Assembly: GCA_016928165.1 (NCBI GenBank)
Contig: JAFGLH010000185.1
Span: forward strand, 5,759-69,758
Reading direction: 5' to 3'
Source: Pirellulales bacterium
GTDB lineage: Bacteria > Planctomycetota > Planctomycetia > Pirellulales > Thermoguttaceae
Length of the DNA: 64,000 nucleotides
In this document: positions 11,035 through 19,100 of the stretch, piece after piece
How the letters are laid out: each line of letters starts with the position of its first letter
Position numbering within the stretch: position 1 is the first letter of the stretch
Notes under the pieces: generated by a model
Told to the model about the DNA's origin: nothing
The model's database searches: none
The model's input: only the letters and a program-made list of their open reading frames with translations
Program-made: the position numbers and the translations under genes

Positions 11035-12360
11035 ATGCCGACATACCAATTCGAGGCCATGGACGCCACTGGTCAGGAGATCAAGGACGTCATCGAGGCG
11101 ACCAACCAGGACGAGGCCCAAGCCACGATCCGGCAGATGGGCTACTTCGTCACGAAAATCTCCGTTAAGAAGAGCCGCAAGACCGCCGCCGGGAAAAAGG
11201 GCGATCGAAAGGGAAAATCCTTCGCCATCGGCGGGGTCAAGTCGAAAACGCTGACCACCTTCACCCGGCAGTTGTCGATCCTCCAGGACGCCGGCCTGCC
11301 GATCCTCCGCAGCCTGAAAATTCTCGAGCAGCAGTCGCCCCCCGGCGCGCTGAAAAACGCGCTGATCGACGTCTGCGACGAGATCGAGGGCGGGGCCACC
11401 CTCTCCGAGGCGATGGCCAAATCGCCCAAGGCGTTCAACCGCCTCTACGTCAACATGATAAAGGCCGGCGAGGCCGGCGGCGCGCTCGAGGTGATCCTCA
11501 AACGCCTCGCCGAATTCCAAGAGCGTTCCGAAAGCCTGAAACGCAAGGTCAAGGGCGCGCTGGTATACCCCGTCTGCGTCGTCGTCTTCGCTTGCGCCAT
11601 CCTCATCTTCATCATGTTGTGGATCGTGCCCAAGTTCAAGAAAATCTTTCTCGACTTCGACACCGAACTGCCCACAGTCACCGAAATCCTCATTACAGCG
11701 TCGAACATCATCTACGCCTACTGGTATCTGCTGCCCGGCATACCGCTGGGCATCTGGCTGACACTGAAATTGATACGCAAGTTTTCCGGCGGACGGATGG
11801 GCTGGCACATGTTCATCATCAAGATGCCCATTTTCGGCCCGCTGATCGAGAAAAACATCGTCGCCCGCACCACGCGCACGCTCGGCACCCTGGTGGCCAG
11901 CGGCGTGCCCATCCTCGAGGCCCTGCACATCACCAAGGAGACGTCGAACAACGCCGTCTTCGAGCGGCTCTTCCAGAAGGTCTACGAGTCGATCCGCGAG
12001 GGCGAGTCGATCGCCAAGCCGCTGAAGGACAACTCAAAACCCCCCTTCCATCCGATGGCCTTGTTCTTCTGGTTTTTCTATCCGCCGATCATCGGCGCGC
12101 TGTTGTACCTGACGAAAATGAACAAAAAGGTCATCGACGACATGGTCGTCAACATGGTAGACGTCGGCGAGGAGACCGGGGAACTGGACACCATGCTCTA
12201 CAAGGTCGCCGACACCTACGACGAAGAGGTGGCCGTGATAACCGAGAGCCTCATGAGCCTGATGGAGCCGCTGCTGATCATCGTGCTCGGCAGCATCGTC
12301 GGATTTATCGTCATCGCGTTGTTCATGCCGTTGATTAAACTGATTACCGAATTGAGTTGA
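11035..12360 (+). CDS. pilC: PilC/GspF-type inner-membrane platform protein
   Basis: Two T2SSF-type repeats (LSILQDAGLPILRSL... and TLGTLVASGVPILEAL...), an ending IKLITELS, and the conserved start MPTYQFEAMDATGQE. An extra hydrophobic segment PPFHPMALFFWFFYPPIIGALLYL sits before the second conserved VGEETG box. Confidence 0.9.
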   Translation: MPTYQFEAMDATGQEIKDVIEATNQDEAQATIRQMGYFVTKISVKKSRKTAAGKKGDRKGKSFAIGGVKSKTLTTFTRQLSILQDAGLPILRSLKILEQQSPPGALKNALIDVCDEIEGGATLSEAMAKSPKAFNRLYVNMIKAGEAGGALEVILKRLAEFQERSESLKRKVKGALVYPVCVVVFACAILIFIMLWIVPKFKKIFLDFDTELPTVTEILITASNIIYAYWYLLPGIPLGIWLTLKLIRKFSGGRMGWHMFIIKMPIFGPLIEKNIVARTTRTLGTLVASGVPILEALHITKETSNNAVFERLFQKVYESIREGESIAKPLKDNSKPPFHPMALFFWFFYPPIIGALLYLTKMNKKVIDDMVVNMVDVGEETGELDTMLYKVADTYDEEVAVITESLMSLMEPLLIIVLGSIVGFIVIALFMPLIKLITELS

Positions 12361-12380
12361 GTGAGGAGAGGGTATAGAAA

Positions 12381-12471
12381 CGCCCCGCGGCCGCAAAGCG
12401 CGGGGGCTATGGATGGCACTGGCGTCTCGCCAGTGCTTGCGGGCGCCGTTGCTGGCTTGTCCAGCAGTGCC
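12381..12471. repeat. cluster of three GC hairpins in the pilC-pseudopilin spacer
   Basis: The hairpins are cgccccgcg-gccgcaaa-cgcgggggc (12381-12407), ggcactggcg-tctc-gccagtgc, and gctgg-cttgt-ccagc (12449-12471). The last is the same motif as the arms of the 28007-28082 inverted repeat. Confidence 0.7.
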
Positions 12472-12580
12472 GCAATGAGTCTAGTTGACAACGGGCCGTG
12501 AAAAGGGCAAGGCTGGTTTCCGTCTCGCGCGCGGCGTCCGGGGCCGGATAGAGCCTCGGTTCCGCAGGGGAGAAGCAGCC

Positions 12581-13630
12581 ATGAAACAAGGATTAGGGAT
12601 TAGGGATTGGGGATTAGAGGTTCGGGGTTCGGGGTTCTGGGTTCGGGAATGCGGCAAGCACCCTTCACACCCTTCACACCCTTCACACCCTTCACACCCT
12701 TCACACCCCCGCGCCTTCACGCTGGTCGAGTTGATGGTCGTGATCTCGGTCATCGGCATTTTGACGGCGATTTCCTTCGGCGCGTTGCAGTTGGCCCGCG
12801 AATCGGCCCGCGAGGCCGCCACCGAGGCCACCATCGCAAAGCTCAACTCGATCATCATGCGCAAGTACGAGTCCTACATGACCCGCCGCGTGCCGATCAA
12901 TATTCCGAATGGCGCAACGCCCCGCCAAGCCGCAGAGCTAAGGTTAGCAGCGATTCGCGAGATAATGCGAATGGAAATGCCCGATCGGTGGACGGATATT
13001 ATTGATCCACCTAACGGTAATTTACCTGATCCAGATGGGATTATTCCTATTTCGGACAGCACGAATTCCATCAGTATTGAACTACTTCGTCCCGCTATGT
13101 CGCAACTATATTCGCAACGTTATCTTTCATCGCAGCCGGATTCAAATGGAGCACCCATCGGCTACGGGCCTGCCGAATGTTTATATCTGACTATAAACAT
13201 GGGGTTTCCTGAAGAAATGGAGCAGTTTAATCAATCAGAAATCGGCGATGTTGATGGCGATGGATACCCTGAGTTTATTGATGGCTGGGGCAGGCCAATT
13301 ATGTGGTTGCGTTGCGCGCCTGGTTTTGTATATCCATACTCTGATATTCAATTTCTCGATGCGATAAATCATCACGATCCATTTGACGTTCGCAAGGTAC
13401 ATTCCGAAGCATTTCATTTAATACCCTTAATCTACTCGGCCGGCGCCGACGGGAAGTATGGAATACGTACTGATGTAATAGATCCAAGTACAGGCGATGG
13501 TTTTCATTTTATGTCCGAGCATCATCCTTATAACTCGACAATTGGAGAGCCGGCTGCTGATGCAATAGAAGGTAGCGACATCACGTCGTTTCAAGACAAC
13601 ATAACCAACCACCATATCGAGCAGCGGTAA
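12581..13630 (+). CDS. GspG-like major pseudopilin with a long repeat-encoded leader
   Basis: Class III signal RA/FTLVELMVVISVIGIL with Glu at +5. GspG-type C-terminal motifs IDGWGRPIMW and IYSAGADGKYG. ATG 12581 is preceded by GGGGAGAAG. The 44-aa leader is encoded by the tandem arrays at 12590-12708. Confidence 0.8.
   Translation: MKQGLGIRDWGLEVRGSGFWVRECGKHPSHPSHPSHPSHPSHPRAFTLVELMVVISVIGILTAISFGALQLARESAREAATEATIAKLNSIIMRKYESYMTRRVPINIPNGATPRQAAELRLAAIREIMRMEMPDRWTDIIDPPNGNLPDPDGIIPISDSTNSISIELLRPAMSQLYSQRYLSSQPDSNGAPIGYGPAECLYLTINMGFPEEMEQFNQSEIGDVDGDGYPEFIDGWGRPIMWLRCAPGFVYPYSDIQFLDAINHHDPFDVRKVHSEAFHLIPLIYSAGADGKYGIRTDVIDPSTGDGFHFMSEHHPYNSTIGEPAADAIEGSDITSFQDNITNHHIEQR
12590..12708. 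repeat. tandem arrays: G-tract array (GATTAGGG/TTCGGGG units) then (CCTTCACAC)x5
   Basis: 12590-12647 carries seven G3-4 tracts with short loops. 12661-12708 holds five 9-nt units, translated as PSH repeats. Both lie inside the pseudopilin leader coding region. Confidence 0.9.
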
Positions 13631-13631
13631 C

Positions 13632-14888
13632 ATGAATATAAAGAGTGTGAAGAGTATGAAGGGTGTGAAAGGCGAGAAGGGCGTGAAGGGCGCTTCCCGA
13701 CACCCCGAATCCCCGCATCCCCCAACCCCCGCCCCGCGCCGAGTGGACGCGGCGGCTAAACTTTCCTCCCCTCGCCCGCTTGCGGGAGAGGGGCCGGGGG
13801 TGAGGGCAGTTGCTACGACGAGCGCGCAAGCAGCCCTCGCCCTAGCCCTCTCCCAAAGGGAGAAGGGACGCCGAATTGTCCCCTGCTCCCAGCCCCCAAC
13901 CCCCGCGCCCCGCGCATTCACCATCATCGAACTGCTGGTGGTGATTTCGATCATCACGATCCTGATGGGCGTGGTCGTGGGCACGATGTCGTCGGACCGG
14001 GACGACCGGCGGATCCGCGAGGCGGCCCGGGCGGTGAACCTCTATCTCGGCTCGGCGCGGGTCAGGGCGATGGAGACCGGCCGGCCCTGCGGGGTGATTC
14101 TCCGCAATTTCGCCGCGCCCGGCTTCGCCATGAACGCCGACCAGTGCGAGGTTCCCCCAAACTACTGCGGAGAGTGCTATTCGTCGGTCGCCGAGGTCCG
14201 GGCGCTCAACCAGACCACGGTCCTGGCGGAGTTGACCGACGGCTCGGGCAACGCGGAGCCGATCCCGCTCGGCATAGTCAAAAGGAGCGACCTGATGCAA
14301 CTCAACCTGCAAGGGCCGTACTACACGGTAAACGCGCTCGCCGCCGACCCCGACCCGTCCACCGGCAGCACAAGCACGCTGTATCTGCGGCCCCTCGAAA
14401 ACATATTGGTCCCCTGGCCGACAACCGATTCCAAGACAGTGCCGTATCGCATAATCCGCTCGCCGATCAAGGGTTTCGCACAGCCGCTGCAACTGCCCGC
14501 CGGAACGGTCGTCGATATCGCCGGATCTGGCGTGGGCAACAGCGCTTGGGGCACGGGGATGACGAACGACGCAACCATAATGTTCTCGCCCAACGGCTCG
14601 GTCGAGTCCATATACATTGGCGGCAATAAACAAGCTATCGTCGAGCCGATCTACCTGTTGATCGGCAAACGGGAGCGGGTCGACAACGTCTACACCGACC
14701 CGAACACCAACGAGGCCGCGCTGACCAACTTGCAAGACATGGGCAATCTTTGGGTGACGATCAACCCGCACTCCGGCGCGGTCCAGACCGAGCCGGTGGC
14801 CTCGTGCGCCGGCGTGGCCGATTGGAACGATGCCATCGTCGCCGCCCGGGAGTTGGCCCGCCAGGGGCTTGGAATGGGAGGGAGATGA
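13632..14888 (+). CDS. minor pseudopilin (prepilin-type N-terminal domain)
   Basis: RA/FTIIELLVVISIITIL with Glu at +5. ATG 13632 is 1 nt after the upstream stop. The first roughly 95 codons consist entirely of repeat sequence. An alternative in-frame GTG at 13800 lies inside a PLP element, 6 nt after GGGAGAGGGG. Confidence 0.75.
   Translation: MNIKSVKSMKGVKGEKGVKGASRHPESPHPPTPAPRRVDAAAKLSSPRPLAGEGPGVRAVATTSAQAALALALSQREKGRRIVPCSQPPTPAPRAFTIIELLVVISIITILMGVVVGTMSSDRDDRRIREAARAVNLYLGSARVRAMETGRPCGVILRNFAAPGFAMNADQCEVPPNYCGECYSSVAEVRALNQTTVLAELTDGSGNAEPIPLGIVKRSDLMQLNLQGPYYTVNALAADPDPSTGSTSTLYLRPLENILVPWPTTDSKTVPYRIIRSPIKGFAQPLQLPAGTVVDIAGSGVGNSAWGTGMTNDATIMFSPNGSVESIYIGGNKQAIVEPIYLLIGKRERVDNVYTDPNTNEAALTNLQDMGNLWVTINPHSGAVQTEPVASCAGVADWNDAIVAARELARQGLGMGGR
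13641..13690. repeat. 9-nt tandem array of the GTGTGAAGG family (plus orientation)
   Basis: The sequence aagagtgtgaagagtatgaagggtgtgaaaggcgagaagggcgtgaaggg is the inverse orientation of the array at 12661-12708. Confidence 0.85.
13767..13868. repeat. two PLP elements in opposite orientation (13767-13807 and 13834-13868)
   Basis: The first copy, ctcccctcgcccgcttgcgggagaggggccgggggtgagggc, is identical to the copy at 14963-15005. The second is ccctcgccctagccctctcccaaagggagaagggac. Confidence 0.85.
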
Positions 14889-14889
14889 G

Positions 14890-15942
14890 ATGAAGGGGAT
14901 TAGGGATTGGGGGTTAGGGATTAGAAGCGCCCCGCGACCGCGGTCGCGGGCAGCCAATCACATCTCCCCTCGCCCGCTTGCGGGAGAGGGGCCGGGGGTG
15001 AGGGCGGCCAACCGCGCCCGCCGCGCCCTCTCCTTGCTCGAGGTCTTGGTCTCGATCTTCATTCTCGCCTTTGGGCTGTTGGGCGTGGCGGCTTTGATCC
15101 CGTTGGGCAAGCTATCGTTGATGGAGACGAACGTCGCCGACCGCACCGGCGCCTGCGGCCGGGCCGCCATGCGCGAGGTCGAGGTCAGACGAACGCTCTA
15201 CTACCGACGCTGGTACGGCCTGCCAATTACTCCGGATCAATTAGGCGACAGCACGCAGTTCGGCGCAGTGGCGATTGATCCGCTCGGATACTTGGGCTCC
15301 GGCAATGTGGTGTTTCTGGCCGGCAATGTTTTTCCGCGGCTTTCGCTCGATCTCACGCCGGCCGAGGCCGACGCAATTTTCCGCTGGGGCGACGAATTGG
15401 TCTACGCAATGCCGGATGAGATGGCCCCGCCGCAACCGGGCGATCGGCCGGCGCCGGTCCCCGACATGGCCAACCAACAGGACGAGGGCAATTTCTCCTG
15501 GTTCCTCACCGTCTGCCCCTCGCCGAGCGACGTCAACTTGGGCGTGCCGGTCAGGCTGCGGCGGAACTACACCGTTTCGGTCGTCGTCTGCAACAAGCGC
15601 GATTTCACCTCCGCCGCCGAGCACGCAACCGCGAACCCGGTCGCCTTCATCGGCGGCGGATACGGCGGCGGAACGATACAACTGAATTCGGCCGACGCGG
15701 ACATTCTCGACCGCATCGAAAACGATCAATGGGTAATGCTCTTCGGCAGCAGCGGCGTCACGCCCGTTGTGGCCAAGTGGTATCGCGTGGTGGGCGTGGG
15801 CGATGCCGCCACGCCGTATTTAACGCTCGTCGGGCCGGACTGGAACAATACGTTTGCCCCTCGGCTGCTCGTCGTCGAGGGCGTTACCGGAGTGTACTCG
15901 ACCACCGTCCAGTTGGACGCCGATCTGACATGGACAAGGTGA
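14890..15942 (+). CDS. minor pseudopilin (prepilin-type N-terminal domain)
   Basis: RRA/LSLLEVLVSIFILAFGLLGVAAL with Glu at +5. ATG 14890 is 1 nt after the upstream stop. An alternative GTG at 14998 would give a conventional 10-aa basic leader MRAANRARRA, with the PLP element supplying a GGGAGAGGGG Shine-Dalgarno sequence. Confidence 0.75.
   Translation: MKGIRDWGLGIRSAPRPRSRAANHISPRPLAGEGPGVRAANRARRALSLLEVLVSIFILAFGLLGVAALIPLGKLSLMETNVADRTGACGRAAMREVEVRRTLYYRRWYGLPITPDQLGDSTQFGAVAIDPLGYLGSGNVVFLAGNVFPRLSLDLTPAEADAIFRWGDELVYAMPDEMAPPQPGDRPAPVPDMANQQDEGNFSWFLTVCPSPSDVNLGVPVRLRRNYTVSVVVCNKRDFTSAAEHATANPVAFIGGGYGGGTIQLNSADADILDRIENDQWVMLFGSSGVTPVVAKWYRVVGVGDAATPYLTLVGPDWNNTFAPRLLVVEGVTGVYSTTVQLDADLTWTR
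14893..15005. repeat. G-tract array (14893-14925), GC hairpin (14927-14951) and PLP element (14963-15005)
   Basis: The units are ggggattagggattgggggttagggattag, then gcgccccgcgaccgcggtcgcgggc, then the 41-nt PLP copy. The same three unit types also fill the clearly intergenic spacers of this operon. Confidence 0.85.
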
Positions 15943-15963
15943 GGGGGGAGAGGAAAAAATATG

Positions 15964-16056
15964 GTCCCCTCTCCCGCCGGGAGAGGGTTAGGGTGAGGGC
16001 TGATGGGCTGCGGAGTTGCCCTCACCCCCGGCCCCTCTCCCAAAGGGCGAGGGGAG
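15964..16056. repeat. two inverted PLP elements in the spacer before the giant pseudopilin gene
   Basis: Copies at 15964-16000 and 16018-16056, followed by hairpin gccgtcg-gca-cgacggc at 16067-16087. Confidence 0.85.
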
Positions 16057-16131
16057 AAATGTTTAACCGCCGTCGGCACGACGGCGCAACACGGAGCAAG
16101 GGCAAGGAGCGGCTTGTAAAAGGAACGAACG

Positions 16132-19100
16132 ATGAATACTCACAATCCACAATCCGCAATTCATCAATCATCATTCATCATTCATCATTCCCGCGCCCCT
16201 GGCCACGCGCCCCGCGCCCCGCGAAAGGGCATGCTTTTGATCCTGGTATTGGCGGTGCTGGCGATGTTCGCCTTGATCGCCGTGGCGTTCGTGGTGCTGA
16301 CCGGCCACTACCGGCGGATAACGGCCAGCCACCAGCGGATCGAGCAGGTGATGGACCCGCCCAAAAAACTGCTCCGCCAGGCGGCCATGCAGGTCTTCCG
16401 CGGCCCGACGACCCATCCCACGACCGGGCTACCCACGCCCGACTCCGCGATCGGCCCGCACAGCCTGCTGGAAGACATTTATGGCAATGAGTTTTACGGG
16501 GGCTTCGTTAACAATACTCCAACTCCTTTGATCACTTCTGACGGCGTTCACGGTCAGTTGGTAAATATTCCCATTAGCATAAGCGGAATTACACCAACCG
16601 AGTTGGCCCGTTGCAACGGCTGCGTTCTGACGATCACGGGCGTGCCGACCGGCGGCGTTGCCGCCGAACAACTGGCGCTATACGGCCAAAGCACGCGGAT
16701 CGTCGCGGTGGATGCGACCAATTCGATTGTACAAGTCGCCGCATTTTCTAACGGCGCGACGCCGCCAATCAACACAACATTCACCATCAACGGCGTCCCG
16801 TTCAGCGGCACGGGTTTCGGATTCGATTCGAGCAGCAACGATCTGGACCGGACGCTGGATATTACAAATGCGGACCCAACGACTTGGTCTCTGTCATCGG
16901 TTGACCCAAACGATACGCATTTGCCGGTGGCGTTGTTGCCGAACCTGCCGCCATCGCTTTTTGCGGGCGGACCATTTCCGCCCGGCGGGGCAAACGAGGA
17001 CTACGACGCGGCCGACATGCAAAACATGATGCTCGCCGCCCAGGTGGCCCGCACCGGGCCAAGCGGCATTGATTCCGTCTACACCATCCCCTCGCTCCAC
17101 CGCCCGGCGCTCGTCCGATACTGGTTCGACAAGCTCTGCGGCTCCGAATACGACAGTTACTGGCCGGGCGGGATGACCGCAGACGACCGGATGTATGCGT
17201 TGAAATATCCGCTCGGAACCGACGGCATAAAAGGCACCGCCGACGATCCGGTTGCGCTCGACCCGACGATCCTGGCCATAAAGCGGAAGATCATGCTGCG
17301 GCCGCTCTCCGATGACCACCCCAACTTCAACGGCGGCAATCCGTACTTCAACCCCGCCTGGTTCGACGTCTCAAACTACAACACCGGGCCGGGACAATGG
17401 GACGTCGATTGCGATGGCGACGGCGATCCGGACAGCGTGTGGGTCGATCTGGGCATGCCGGTCCGGCACACGGCCGACGGACGGCTCTACAAGCCGCTGT
17501 TCGCCATCCTCTGCGTCGATCTCGACGGCCGGCTGAACCTCAACGCCCACGGCTCGCTGCCGCAAACCAACACTAACTACAACACATTGGCCTCCCAACT
17601 CGGCGGAACGTTCGCCGGTTCCCCCACTGCCATCGCCCGGGGCCAAGGACTCGGCCCGGCGGAAATAAATCTCCGCTATCTTCTAGGCGATGCGTATCCG
17701 CAGTATTTGATGATTGGCAACGGCGGCTATCAAGGCCGCTACGGCACGGACGGCGCGGCAGGAACCCACTACCCTGGATTGGCCGCAATCGACCCGCTCA
17801 CTCAATACAAGTGGTTCGATTACGGGGCGGGCTACGGCTACGGAGCCAACTACTGGACGTTCGCCGACGCCGATAACGAGGGCGATTTCGGCTCCCCGCC
17901 CGATCCCTTCGGCGTCGGCGCGGTGGGCCTGGACCAGGCGGGCCGGCCGGTCTATATGAAAATGTTCGACGCCCTGGGCCCGACGTATCTCCAAGGCTAC
18001 GGCAGCGGCGTGGAGGACTGCCCCTACGAGTTGAATCTCGACGCCAACCAGACCCGGGGCGAGCCGAGCAACCTGGCGACGGTGGACAATCCGTTCTCTC
18101 CTGCGGAGTTGGAGCGGGTGTTGCGTCCCTTCGACCGCGACGCGCCGGCGTTGCCCGACCGGCTGGCCCAGTTGACCGCGGCGACGGTCGGCGATCCAAA
18201 GACATCCGGCTTGTTCAACATTCGACATTCGCTGACCACGGAGAGCTGGGACCTGCCGGCGCCGGGCGTCGGCCTGCACGACGGCGTCCGCGTCAGACAC
18301 ATAACCGATCTGCTTACGGCGCGCGGCATCCCCCAGTCGGCCTGGCCGCGGTTGTTGCCCCCGGACCTGTTGGCCGGCTTGCGGATGGACGTAAACCGCC
18401 CCTTCGGCGACGGACTGGACAACAACACGAACGGCATCGTGGACGAGCCGGGCGAATCAAACGAGATTTTCGGAACTTCGTCGTTCAGCTACGACGGCGC
18501 GGACGGCGCGTTGGCCTCCGATTCGCTCGAGGCCCGGCAGCTAATGGCCCGCTATTTGTACGTGCTGGCGATGCTGGTGGCCGACACGGATGAGATTCGC
18601 AACCGCCTCGGCGGCGCGACGGACGCCGAACTGGCCCGCTTCCTGGCCCAATGGGCCGTGAACGCCGTTGATTTCAAGGACCGCGACTCGATCATGACGC
18701 CGTTCGAGTACGACGTTTACCCGTTCGCCGACAACGATGCGACGCCCAACAATCCTTGGGATGTGGACGGCAGAATCGGCACTACCGCGCTTCCAAGCCC
18801 CGATGACACTCAGGCATATCGCGGATTGGTATGGGGTTGCGAACGGCCGGAGTTGATTTTCGGCGAAACGATCGCCTTGCACGATCGTCGGACCGAGGAC
18901 CTTGCAAACGAACAACACGACCCAACGGACCCGGATGACGACTCGACGGCATCCGGGAGAACAGACGACCCGGATCCAAATCAAGATGCGAGTTTCGACC
19001 AACGATACCGACCGCAGGGGTCTTTGTTCATCGAATTGTACAATCCGTGGACGGCGCAAGAGCCGAGGCCGGTCGAGTTGTGCGACGCGCCGAACGGCGG

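Noticed and set aside
12590-12625. TTAGGG-containing repeats resembling telomeric sequence
   Set aside because: The arrays are short (3-4 units of GATTAGGG), internal to an operon and embedded in a reading frame. Nothing suggests a linear replicon end. They are better treated as G-tract simple repeats.
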